From contig JBHGNT010000013.1 of assembly GCA_043228905.1 (NCBI GenBank), forward strand, positions 7,502,001-7,566,000: a stretch of 64,000 nucleotides of DNA, given 5' to 3'. Source of the DNA: Azolla caroliniana (lineage: Eukaryota > Plantae > Polypodiophyta). How positions within the stretch are numbered: position 1 is the first letter of the stretch; each line of letters begins with the position of its first letter. The notes beneath the pieces were generated by a model. It had not been told where the DNA came from. It ran no database searches and saw only the letters and a list, made by a program, of their open reading frames with translations. The translations under genes and the position numbers were made by a program. Positions 12,472-24,829 of the stretch are shown here, in pieces.

Positions 12472-13514
12472 ATTCAGGTGCTCTTATGTTGTCGACTTAG
12501 TCATTGGCTTAGTGCATGTAGATACTAATCTGGTCGATATCCAGCCCATTGGTATCACATGTTGCATCTACTTGCAAAATCAGATCATTTGTGCAACATG
12601 CTTGATCAACTTGCGTGACTAGATCAGTTGTGTCAGTTGCTACATCTACTTTCAAGATGTGGCCCTCTAAGCACACATCAACATCAACAGTTTCCACACT
12701 ACCATCAGCCTTAGGAGCAATAGATTCAAACCCTTTAGACTCTGCAACGTCAAAAAACACCAACATATTCACACTCACAAAGTAACTAACAGTCGCACAA
12801 AACAACATAATGAACATAAAATATTTTCCATCATAAAAACATGAACATAATTATCTTGGAGAAACATCATAGAGTTCCATTACATAATGTGGATCAAGCA
12901 ACAACCAATCTGAGGTTTTACTTGTCCAAATAGATCATAGTAAAACATCATAAAACCCTAGGAAAATCGCTAAAAATCATATCCCACTAATAAGTATTTT
13001 GCTCCAATTCAAGAGCCCCTTGACCGAGTAATAGGTCTTGTCCCCGATTGTGGCCCCTTCTTCACCCTTTTTCTAGCCGGTTGCCCGACCCATTGTGCAA
13101 GTGTGTCCTCCTCCGACTACCTTTCCATCACCTCAGCAACGGCTTGCAGGTTAGCCGCGTCTTGCACTAGCTTTTCTAGTACAGTGGGATCTGTTTGGAC
13201 ATTATCAGTAGTTGGGCTCAGTGGGATGCAATCAAGGTTTTGGGATTCGAAGAAATGTTGCATCAAGTGTTCAAAAACACTATTGTTGTGAACCTCAGAT
13301 TTACATGTTGTTTCCAATATTTCATGGCTTTTCACATTGTTGCCTAATTCATTACCATCTTCCAAAAGAATAGGGTGGAGCTGATATGAAGGAGATGTGA
13401 TAGCAGGACTCTTACATTCAACCACGTCGGCAACTATCTCCTCATCGGTTGCAGTGTCATCAGCACCAGACAGGTCATGCGCCCTCCTTAATCCACAAGA
13501 TTCTACAACAACAT

Positions 13515-13975
13515 GGTCGCTAATTAGCTACATCTTAGCTAACTAGCTATTCTTCGCTTACGTATGGTACTAACTAATTAGCTACCCAACTAAAGTATGG
13601 TACTAGTTAGTTAACCACTATAACTAAAGTATGGTAGTAGCTAATTAGCTACTACCATAGTTTAGTACAGTAGCTAATTAGCTACTCAACTAAAGTTTGA
13701 TAATAGCTATTTAGCTACCACTTAGCTAATTAGCTATTGCACTAAACTATGGTAGTAGCTAATTAGCTACTGTACTAAACTATGGTAGTAGCTAATTAGC
13801 TACCACTCAACTAATTAGCTACTCAGCTAAAGTATGGTAGTAGCTAATTAGCTACCACTTAGCTAATTAACTACATGTTAGGTAATTAGCTACTACACTA
13901 CAACCATAATAGCTAAATAGTTTGCACACTTTATACAGCTTACCTAATTAGCAAAGATGGAACTAATTAGCTACA
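13515..13975. repeat. TAGCTAATTAGCTA palindrome array filling an intron of the accessory gene
   Basis: Dense motif copies. It includes an approximately 49-bp inverted pair (about 13637-13685 vs 13755-13803) and an approximately 100-bp block nearly identical to 3870-3975. Confidence 0.9.
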
Positions 13976-16142
13976 GTATGGTCACAAGAAACAATTTTAC
14001 CTGTGTGTTTTCTCCACTCAACTGGGAGAGCTGTACTACAATCCCCCAAACAGAATGCAGCAATGTGATAGGCATATTAAAAACAAACGATATGGTATGT
14101 GTGCTGGCATGGTTGTAGGTGAACCAACAGAGTACCAAATTTGTCCTCTACACATAATCCACAAGCGATGCAACGTGATTGAACAGTCAATATATCGTTT
14201 CATGGTTCTCCTTCATTTGGTAAGGGAGCAAGAATGTTCAGGTCCAATTCTTGTCTTCTCCTTACCATCCCCTCCGCAAAATGTAGCTACTTCTTAAGGC
14301 AACAAACTACTTGTTCTTGACGGGAGTATTGTTCCTTCAATGCAGCCGAGAAATTTACTGATTAATTAGTCCTTAACGAGGAAGATACAACAACAAGAAA
14401 CAAGAATCATTAACTTACTTGTAGCTTTTCCAAATTGTAATGATCAATAGGTTCATTGAAAAAACCTAGATCTCTGTCTGCAGTTGAATTTTCCGTTGGG
14501 GATCCAATGACCCCTCAATTTCAAGTTCATGTTGAGCAACTTGTTCTAAATAATGCCTCAGTAGCACGTTTTCATGTACAAGTTGTTTATAACATATTAC
14601 ATACTAGCAAAACAATAGGTACCTGAATCTTATTTCTGATTGTTGTAACTATGAAAGTGACTTTGCTCTCCATCGCAGCAGCCAATGTTGCTTTCTCTAA
14701 ATCAGTCTTAAAAAACTCCAATGTCTCATAGGCTTCATGGACATTTTTTAGCATATAGCTAATCAATGTCTCACTTGTATTATCGACATTGGCTTTCATT
14801 GTGTGTCGGTGTGGTGTATACTTGCAAGTTTGTTGGGAGTCGGCAGTTGCATCATCAACTGCCATGCTCCAAAATCTTGCCATTTTTTTTGCCAGCTCCC
14901 CATCTTCCGACATCTTTCTATCAATGCCTCACCATAAATTGCCCAAGCTACCCTGTACATTTCAGGGTCACGAGATTCCTTCGTTGTTTTGCAATACTCG
15001 TATGCAAAAGCTCTGGCAAATGAAACTTACAACTCGTCGTTGACCGGGATCTCTTGATGTACTTACTGGTGCAGTCTCATGCAGTCGTCGTACAGGTCCG
15101 GTCGTACATGCTTGAGCTTGACCTTGCCTTTCACTCTAGGCACTTTATATACTGACATCCAATCTACATCACTAATCAATCTATCAGTTAGAACAACAGG
15201 GTCAATACCCTCGAGCAACAAACCATATATGTTGTGAAAGTCCTCCTTTGTCTCGCAAAATTTTGTGAAGTTCAGCACTCTACGATAGGGAGGAACGAGC
15301 CACCTGAAATAGAAAATCAGTAATCAGAATTAGTGCAAAAACAAAATTTTTAATATGAATTTGGTGCAATATTACAACACTTTGAGACAGTAATCTGAAA
15401 TTTGTAATATGTTCTTTTCAACATGTATCAGAAATCAACCACTTAAAAAATCAGAAACCCTAATCAGAATTTGTCATGAGAATTGGTGCAAAATTACAAC
15501 AGATTGCGATAGTAATAAAAAATTAGTAATCAGAAATTTGTAACCAGAAACTTGCAATCTGAAATTTGTAATCAGAAACCCTAAACCACTTAAGGGAAAC
15601 AAAAACCCTAATCATCACTAAAGGCAGAAATCAACCGTACTACGAAATTCTGTCAATCAGAAACACACCTGCTACTACACCTCGATCTTTGAGGCATCCT
15701 TGTTTGGGACTCCAACAACTTCGCCCTATTCAATTTTTGGGAAAGATGAACAGGCACCAAAGTTACAAATAGTTATAAATTAGGAAAAACAAAGTTTTTT
15801 TAATATGTGATTGATACATACCTAGACAAGGATCAACTAGCTCGTGTATTGTAGCTCTGATGGTGCAATGTCGATCTCAGAGTTTTTGTGCTGCTATGGG
15901 GGCTTCATCTATGTTCATGCTCAGAGTATTCCATCTGTTTGGAGTTCGAACTCGAACTCAGGATTATCAAGAATTTGATGACATTCAAGTCGACCTTAGA
16001 TCATGACACTATTCCCCATGTTCCACTACGTTAGAAACCAAAGTTCAAATATTTGAGTATTCTCATCAATTAAATGACATGTATTTAACTAATAAAACAT
16101 AAAATTTAGTAAACCATCCTTATGATTTTCCCACAAACAATT

Positions 16143-16418
16143 TAGCTAAAGAAATAGCTAATTAGCTTTGGCCATTTTAGTAGCTAATTAGCTATAATAG
16201 TGTTTCCACTCACATGCTTTCACCCCAAGAGCAAGATTCGAGAATGAAAGTGACATGGTTTCGGAAGATGAAGACGTCACTAGCTAAAGAAATAGCTAAT
16301 TAGTTGTGACCATTTTAGTAGCTAATTAGCTATAATAGTGCTTCCACTCACATGCTTTCACCCCAAGAGCAAGATTCGAGAATGAAAGTGACATGGTTTC
16401 GGAAGATGAAGACGTCAC
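16143..16418. repeat. 138-bp tandem duplication containing the right TIR, TSD and host flank
   Basis: 16143-16280 is repeated at 16281-16418. The second TIR copy ends at 16363, again followed by CAAG. Confidence 0.93.
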
Positions 16419-16861
16419 CTTCGAGTTCTTTAAGACGGCCCGACTATTGGCGGAAGACAAGGACACGCCAAACCTCCACACCTTCAACGAGAACGAGTAC
16501 AAAGGAGAATGGTTACTGATCGGTAGATTCTTAAAAACAATGATCGCGGATGCTTCGTGGATGAAGGACGAGGCTCTATGAATCCGAATGAAAGTCTACA
16601 AGTACTCTCTGAAGGGAGGATTCCTCTGGCGCCAAAAGAGAGAGGACTAAACGACGCTGAGAGTCATAAAGGAACATGGGCGACGTTCAAAAAGCTGAAG
16701 GAGAAGTATTGGTGGCCGAGAATGTACAAAGATGTACTTCATTTCGTATCCACATGTGAAAACATACGTCAACGTGATGAGTTACGACCGGCATACCCAC
16801 TCCCCATACACTTCAAATGGATGGTGGATCTAGTCTCGATGCCAATGGGTGTGGGATAGCT
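16364..16861 (+). pseudogene. pol: Gypsy host element A continued (RNase H-integrase linker and integrase zinc finger)
   Basis: HKGTWATFKKLKEKYWWP...TCEN and KWMVDLVSMP are homologous to 57960-58525. Internal deletions are present. Confidence 0.9.
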
Positions 16862-17743
16862 TGTAGAAACGAAGGTGCGGAGGTGTTAGACAACCGGCTT
16901 GGCCGGATGGCAACAAAAAGAGAGAGATTAACACATAGAAGGTATGCAGGAGAGACAGACAAAGAGCACAACACTTAAATCTATTATCAACCACTCTATA
17001 AAATTCTCTGTACATACAACGTGCTCAACAACACTATTTATACAAGTCCTAAGAGGACTGACAGAAGTGCGGTGTACTTCAATGCTCACACGAGCGTTTG
17101 ACACTAACTACAAGACATTAACTACCTAGTAGTCTAGGCTGCTACTAGACTTCCGCTTACTACTGGATCCGGCTAACTGGCTCCCCAGCTCACTGGCTCA
17201 TCCTTCCGGATGCCGATCCGGCTCAGATACGCTCACGCACGAAGTGGTAGTGCACTTCTATGTGCTTTGTGCGAGCATGGAATACGGGGTTCCTGGCGAG
17301 CTGCGTGCTGCTTATCTTGTCGTAGTAGATTAGGATCGGGGTCGGCACCTCGATCTGCAGGTCTTGCAGTAGTCCCCGAAGCCAAATGGCTTCATAGCTG
17401 GCAACAGTAGCAGCCCGATATTCAGCCTCAGTGCTCGAAAGGGCCACTATTGGCTGCTTTTTGCTGCTACATGCAATAGCCACGCTACCAAGGGAAAACA
17501 TATAGTCGGAGGTGGATCGGTGATCCGATGCATCGCCGGCCCAGTCGGCATCGGTGTAGCCGACTAGCTCTTCGGTTGTACCATGCCGGAATATCAGTCC
17601 CCGGTCCTTCGTGCTGCTCACATATCGCAAAGTTCAATGCACGCACAGAAGGTGCTCCACGATCGGCTTCTGCATATATTGGTTGATCACGCCGACCGGA
17701 TAACTGATGTCGGGTCGAGTGATTGTCAAATATATAAGGTTTC

Positions 17744-20700
17744 TGTAAAGAGTAACGTGCGGAAGCAAGTATGAAGACCGAACAGAAGGAAGAAAACTCA
17801 GGTTTAATGGAGAGCTTGAGCTTACGCAGTATACGTGGGAGAGACAGAGAGAGTGATAGAGAGAAAACACAAGAACTATATTCAAAAAACTCTATTCACC
17901 ATTCTATATACATATGTGTGTTCAATGAACACCTTTATACAAGTCCTAGAAGGACTGACCGAAGTACTGATAGTACTTCAATGCTCACTAAGACCTCCTA
18001 CACTAGCACCCAAATATATTCCTCATGGAATTTATCTTTCCTAACGGCCTCCCGGTTTACGCATTGATCCGGCCCTACCTATGCACAGGTCTACGTACCG
18101 GTTTACGCATTCGGCCTAACCGATCGGTCCCAACCGATCCGGTCCTCGGCTTCTTCAGCCGATCCAGCCGATGTTGAGCTTGTCTCTCAACACTCCCCCT
18201 CAAGCTCAACTTGAGGCTCTTCGGGATCTTCGGGCTCACAGCTCCGGTTCCTCGCTCACACTCCACGACTTGTTCGACTCCCCGCGCTTCGACCCTTCCG
18301 GTCGGCTTGTCTGCTCATGTGGCCCTCATAAGCTCTTCTGCTGTTGCGGTGTTGATGCTTCTTCTGCTGCCTTTTCTTCTGCTTGGGCCTCGGTTGATTC
18401 AGCGTGTCTGAATCAAACATCCGAACCGACTCGGCTACATCCGATCGGTTTTCGCTCTCGTCCGAGTTGGTTGTCTCCAACTCGTCTTTGGTCTTCTCGC
18501 CCTCGGTGGCGTCATCTTCCCCATGCGTGGTTGGCTTCGGCTCTCTCCTTCGGTTGCTCCCCTTCTATCCTCTTCCGAACTTTTCTGCGGGTCCGCCCTC
18601 GGCTTCTTCAGCCGATCCGAAGTCGAACTCGACAACCGAGTCAACTGACTCGGTGGTGTCGCAGTCTCCGCTCCTTTCCTGCTGCCTTGCTTGGTCGTTC
18701 GAGACTGTTCTCCCCCTCAAGTTTGGCACGTCGAGGTGACGCAATCCAAGCGCACTTGAGAATTGCCACAACTTGTCCAGACCAAGAGGCTTGGTGAAGA
18801 TGTCGGCAATCTACCGATCCGTCGGAACGTACTGAAGTTCGACTTCACCGAAAAGGACACGCTCACAGACGAAATGGTAGTGCACCTCAATGTGCTTGGT
18901 CTATGCGTGGAAGACGGAGTTCTTCGCAGGTAGGATGCTACTGAGGTTGTCGCAGTAGATCGTCGTTGGATCGGACACCTCCTCTTGCAGGTCCTTAAGT
19001 AGCCGGTTCAACCATATGGCTTCGCATGTCACGACACCCGCTCCTCGGTACTCAGCTTCAGTGCTCGACAGTGCAACTGTCGGTTGCTTCTTACTGCTCC
19101 ACGCGATCGCGGCACTCCCAAGGGAGAACGCGTATCCATACGTGGATCGGCGATCGGCGGCGTTGCCAGCCCAATCAGCATCGGTGTAGCCGACTAACTG
19201 CACGGCTGCACCGGTCCGATATAGCAGTCCCCGGTCCTTAGTGCCGTTGACATACCGAAGTATGCGTTGCGCACACTGAAGGTGCTCCTCGGTAGGTCGC
19301 GCCATGAACTGACTGATCACTCCGACCGGATAACTGAGGTCGGGTCGGGTGATGGTCAAGTATATGAGGCTTCCGACAATTTGTCGGAACCTTGTCGGGT
19401 CGCATACCTTTCCTGTATCGGGATGAAGCTTGACGGTTCTGTCCAGAGGAGTCGAGACGGACTTACAGTCGGCCATCCAGAATTTGAAGAGCATACTCAG
19501 CACGTAATGACGTTGGTTGATCAATATGCCTTCGGGCGTACGGATCACTTCGATCCCGAGGAAGTAATGAAAGTCCCCCAGATCCTTCATGTCGAACGAT
19601 GCCGCAAGCTGGAGCTTCACGCGGTCGATTTCACCAAGGTCGGCGCCGGTGATGACCAAGTCATCAACATATAGTAAAATACTAACCGGTCCGAGTCAAC
19701 CTTTCCAGATGAACAGGGAAGAGTCCGATTTTGACGTGACGAAGCCCATCCGACGCAGTTGTTGTGTGATCTTCGTGTTCCAGTCACGCGGGGCTTGCTT
19801 TAGTCCGTAAAGGGAGTTCTTCAGTCGGCATACTGCCGAGGAGTTCGTTCCGGAGTGAAATCCGGGGGGCTGTACCATGTACACCTGTTCCTCAAGGTCA
19901 CCTTGCAGGAACGCATTCTTTACATCCATCTGATGTAAGTGTCACCCCTTCGCCGTAGCTACTGCGAGCAAAACACGGATGGTCGTCATTTTCGCGACCG
20001 ACGCAAATGTCTCATCGTAGTTAATGCCGTGTTTCTGCGCGTAGCCCTTTGCCACTAGCCGAGCCTTGTACCGGTTGACCGAGCCATCGGTGTTGTACTT
20101 GACCTTGTACACCCACCTACACCCGATCGGTTTTACCCCTGTTGGTGCACCAACCAGATCCCAGGTCTCGTTCTCCGCCAATGCGTGCATCTCTTCCTCC
20201 ATCACGGCACGCCAATTCGCGTCTTTAGCCGCTTCTGCGTAGCTCTCCGGCTCACGCACTTCCGCTACACGGGTCATGTACGCATAATGATGTGCCATGT
20301 ACTCGTTGTATCCGAACCACAAAACAGGGTTCTTCTGGCGGGTAGATCGGCGTAATCTAGCATTAGCCGATGTCGAGGCCTTCTCGGTCGACGCGAACTT
20401 CACCTTTAAAGACCCGTCACCGGTTCCCGCGGAGTCGGACTCGCGTCGGTCTGACTCGTTCCTATCCATGCCGGAATCCGACACCTTCTTCTTCCCTTTC
20501 TCTTTGCGCGTAAGACGTCTCTTCGGCTTCCTGCGCGCGGAATGCACGGCTGAGTCTCCACTACTCGCTGGCTCTTCATCGGACTAGTCGTACCGACTCA
20601 GTCATCCAATCGGTCCACTCGGTCCACTTAAACAGAGTGAAATTGATTTCAGGCTCTTCCGGAGGCATCTTGGCCTCTCTGACCCATCGTCAGAGCTCGG

Positions 20701-23516
20701 ATTGGAGTCGGGGTTCGGAGTTGGGGGCTGGTACCAGGACGCGGACTCGTCAAACACAACGTCACGGCTGACACGCGCTTGTTTGGTGCGAGGGTTATAG
20801 CACTTATAACCCTTCTGCTCGTCTGAGTAACCGACCAAGATGCATTTCTCGGCCTTTGCGTCCAGCTTCCTCCTTTTCTCCTTCGGTACATGCACATCCG
20901 CAATGCTACCGAACACCCTCAAGTGTCGCAAGTTCGGCTTCGTTCCGTAATATAGCTCGTGCGCCGACACTTTGTCTCCGATCCGGTTCTGGATGTATAC
21001 CGCGGTCCTTACCGCCTCAGCCCAGTAGAACTTGGGCAAGCTCTTCTCCTCCAAGCATTGCCCATGCCACTTCCACAATCGACCGATTCTTCCTCTCGGC
21101 CACGCCGTTCTGCTCCGGCGTGTATCTACAACTGAATTCGCGCCGAATTCCCATTTGTTGTAGATAATCGTTGAATTGACCAGAAAAGTACTCTTTCCCG
21201 CCATCCGACCCCAGGCACTTGATCTGTCGTCTCATTTCTGTTTCCACGAACCCTTTGAGATCCCGGAAACAGTCGAAGACTTCGCTCTTCCTCTCAATGA
21301 GGTAGATCCACGTGTGTCGCGTGTGGTCGTCGATGAAGGAGACGAAATATCGGCTCCCGCCAAGACTAACGTTTTGTGCCGGCCCCCATACATCGGAGTG
21401 TATAAGGTCGAGCTTGTTCCTGCTCCGGTTTCGCTCGTTGGGGAAAGGAAGTCGGTGTTGCTTCCCGAGCTCGCAGGCTTCACAAATTTGTGCCTTTCGG
21501 CCACTAAATTTGGGCAATCCTAACACTACTTGTTTCGATTGTAGATCTTGAAGCCGTTGGTTGTTGACGTGGCCTATCCGCTTGTGCCACAAGTCGATGT
21601 CCAACTCGGATTTTGTCCCTTCGCGAACATTGCGGTGCCGCCGTCAATGGAATCGAGGATGAACATCCTCCCGTCTCTGCGCCCTTGCGCAATCACACGA
21701 CCTTCTTCCTCAATGAAGCACCCGAGGTGTGTAAACCGAACCTCCATCCCTTGGTCGACGATCTGTCCGACCGAGACCAAGTTCTTCGTGATTGTCGGAA
21801 CGTGCAGTACATTCATGAGTTTCCCTTTCTGCCCGACATGGCTAAGGGGAACTTCTCCGACATTTGCGATCGGATGCAGAGTGTCGTCTCCAGTTGCGAC
21901 TACTCCAGGTTGTATCGGTTTTTCAAGGTACGAGAACCACTCCTTATGACTCGTCATGTGGTTTGACACGCCGGAGTCTACGTACCACACCTCGTCCGAT
22001 CTCGGGGTGGTCCGTTTCATTGTGTTTGCTTCGTGTCTCGTCACGAAGGCAGACCCTTCTCCGGCTCTCCCGGAGTCTTCGGCGTAGTGCGATCGCTGCC
22101 GATTTCCCTTGTCGGTATGTCCGGAGCCGTTTCCGGAACCGGTTCTCTCCGAATCGGCGCGCTTCTTCCAGCACTCACTTTCCCTGTGGCCTTTCTTGCC
22201 ACAGTATCAGCCCTCCGCGATGTCCTTCGCTTGCCGGTTCTCATCGCTTCGACTCCCCCTGTTTCCGGAGGGTCCGGAGTTGCTGTCGGCATTACTTCGG
22301 TGCCTTCTTCCTTGATCTCGTTGGCCGCCTCCATTGCGCGCTGACTCGCCTTGTCCTCCACGTCCACGGGGCCTATCTCCCTCCGTGTACAACATTCTGC
22401 TATCGGTGTGCGTGCTTGTAGATGCACCCGCGTGGTTCTCCTCTACCAGGAGCATTGACTGTAAGTCGAAAAAGGACGGCGTATTCTCCCGGGTACACAC
22501 AGGCGTTCGGAACGCTCCGAACTTCGACGCCAAACCTCCGAGACAGATCTGGACCATCTCGCTCTCCTCAATGTTCACCTCTATGGAGGCGAGGGAGTCG
22601 CAAATATCCTTGATCTTCGAGGTATAGTCCGCCACCGACAAGTCGCATTGTCATAGGTTGTTCAACTCCTCTCGGAGCTGAAGCTTCCTGGCTGTGGTGC
22701 TCGCGGCAAAAATCTTCTTCAGATTTTCCTACGCACCCTTCGGCGTCTTTGCATCCCGAACATAGCTCAATAGTTGTTCGCCACACACGACGCGAAGCAG
22801 TATAATACCTTGCTCGCCGATTGCTCCCACGACGGGAAGTCTTTGTTTGTCGATTCGGGTGCCGCATCATTAGCTCCTTTGACATAAATCCAGTAGCTGT
22901 GCCCGAGCAGGTACTGGTGCATCTTGTAGGACCAAGACGCGTAGTTGGTTCTGTCGAGCTTCTCTGTTGGAAGCGAGCTCGCCATGCCTCTATCCATCGT
23001 TCTTCTTGTTCTTCTTCGTCAAGCTGTGTCGGCTGCAGAGAGGTTCTCAACCCTCGCGCTCTGATACCATGTAAAGAGTAACGTGCGGAAGCAAGTATGA
23101 AGACCGAACAGAAGGAAGAAAACTCAGGTTTAATGGAGAGCTTGAGCTTACGCACTATACGCAGGAGAGACAGAGAGAGTGATAGAGAGAAAACACAAGA
23201 ACTATATTCAAAAAACTCTATTCACCATTCTTTATACATATGTGTGTTCAATGAACACTTGTATACAAGTCCTAGAAGGATTGACCGAAGTACTGACAGT
23301 ACTTCAATGCTCACTAAGAGCTCCTACACTAACACCCAAATATATTCATCACGGAATATCTTTCCTAACGGCCTCCCAGTTTACGCACCGATCCGGCCCT
23401 ACCTACGCATCGGTCTGCGTACCAGTTTATGCATTCGGCCTAACCGATCGGTCCCAACCGATCCTGTCCTCGGCTTCTTCAGCAGATTCGGCCGATGTTG
23501 AGCTTGTCTCTCAACA
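17744..23516 (-). mobile_element. Full-length Ty1/copia element C nested in the RT of element B
   Basis: LTRs at 17744-18192 and 23070-23516. Perfect TSD GTTTC at 17739-17743 and 23517-23521. PBS-Met at 23058-23069 and PPT at 18193-18204. Confidence 0.96.
18700..22997 (-). pseudogene. gag-pol: copia C gag-pol with frameshifts and stops
   Basis: [76 protein letters not shown]. Confidence 0.95.
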
Positions 23517-24829
23517 GTTTCTGACGATTTATCGGAACCGCTTCTCAGCACTGGCCGGTCCGGAGTCGGGACGAAGCTTCTAGTTACGGTCTAGGGGTGT
23601 GGAGATCGATCGGCATTCCATCATGCCGAAATTGTACAACATATTCAACATATAGTGTCTTTGTGAGAGCAATATACCTTCAAGGGTTCGGATCACCTCG
23701 ATCCCAAGGAAATAGTGAAGGTCCCCTAGGTCCTTCATCTCAAATGCGTCCGACACTTGGGACTTGACTCGATTGATTTCATCGAGTCCGGGTCCGGTGA
23801 TGACTAGATCATCAACATACAACAAGATGCAAACCGAACCATCCAGACCTTGCCGGATGAACAATGAAGAGTCGAACTTGGAGGCCGCAAACCCCATCTT
23901 ACATAACTGGTGCGTGATATTCGCATTCCAAGCTCGGGGGGCTTGCGTCAGACCATAAAGTGACTTCTTCAGCCGGCATACCGCGGACTTGTTCATCTCC
24001 AACTAGAAACCGGGGGGTTGGGTCATAAAGACCTCTTTTTCAAGATCGCCTTGAAGAAATGCATTCTTCACGACCATCTGGTGAAGATGCCACCCCCTTT
24101 TTGCAGCAACCGCCAGCACCACACGAACCGTCATCATCTTCGCTACCGGAGGGAAGGTCTCGTCGTAGTCGATTCCGTGGGTCTGCGCGTATCCCTTTGC
24201 CCCCAACTGGGCCTTGTACCGGTTAACCGAACCGTCAACATTGTACTTTACCGTTTACATCCACTTACATCTGATTGGTTTACACTGTCGGGGAGGGTCA
24301 ACTAGGTCCCATGTGTTGTTAGCATCAAGTGCCCGCATTTCTTCCTCCATAGCGGCACGCCAATTTGCGTCCTTTGCCGCTTCTACATAGCTCTCCCACT
24401 CACGCACTTCTGCCACCTTGGTCATGTACACACAATGATGCGCCATGTACTCATTGTACCCGTACCGCTTCACGGGGTTCTTCAAGCGGGAAGACTGGCG
24501 TAAATTGTCATCACCCGGTTCGAGGCCCTCAGAAGATCCGCCTTCATCCTTGCCGGAGTCGGATCCGCTCTGATCTGACTCACCATTGCCGGTCTCGTGT
24601 TCCGGCATCTGCTTCTTCCCCTTCTCTTTGCGCGTGAACCGTCTCCCCGGTTCCTTGCACGGGGAGAGCACGATAGAGTCTCCACTACTCGCCGGTTCAT
24701 CATCCGACTGGTCTGTCAGACCTAGTCGCTCGTTCGGCCCACTCAACTGAAACGATTTCGGACTCTCATCTAGAGTCTCATACCCTTCGTCTTCTAACTG
24801 GACCGGTTCAGGCTCACTAGCCTCATCCT

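Larger units (their letters stand above)
11776..15920 (-). pseudogene. Multi-exon accessory gene of the Sola2-like element, convergent with the transposase
   Basis: Minus-strand ORF pieces at 15063-15278, 14587-14913, 13117-13425, 12509-12817 and 11848-12471 are separated by AT-rich segments with GT..AG boundaries (for example intron 14000-13503; acceptors near 15305 and 12743). Several in-frame stops occur. The exon model is approximate. Confidence 0.62.
1767..16225 (+). mobile_element. Large TIR DNA transposon, Sola2-like (copy 1, both ends present; about 8.9 kb without the nested copia)
   Basis: The left TIR GGGTGAAAGCATGGGAGTGGAAACA (1767-1791) matches the reverse complement of 16201-16225 at 24/25. 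The TSD CAAG is at 1763-1766 and 16226-16229. Removing the element restores gypsy ADMLSR-ARFENE (compare 57940-57970). It contains a DDD transposase. Confidence 0.9.

Noticed and set aside
15440-15615. Telomere-like AAACCCTA motifs
   Set aside because: There are only a few scattered copies within an AATCAGAAA-rich intron. This is not a telomeric tract.
18171-22627. Numerous long plus-strand ORFs overlapping copia C
   Set aside because: They are antisense shadows of a GC-rich pol with no recognisable domains.
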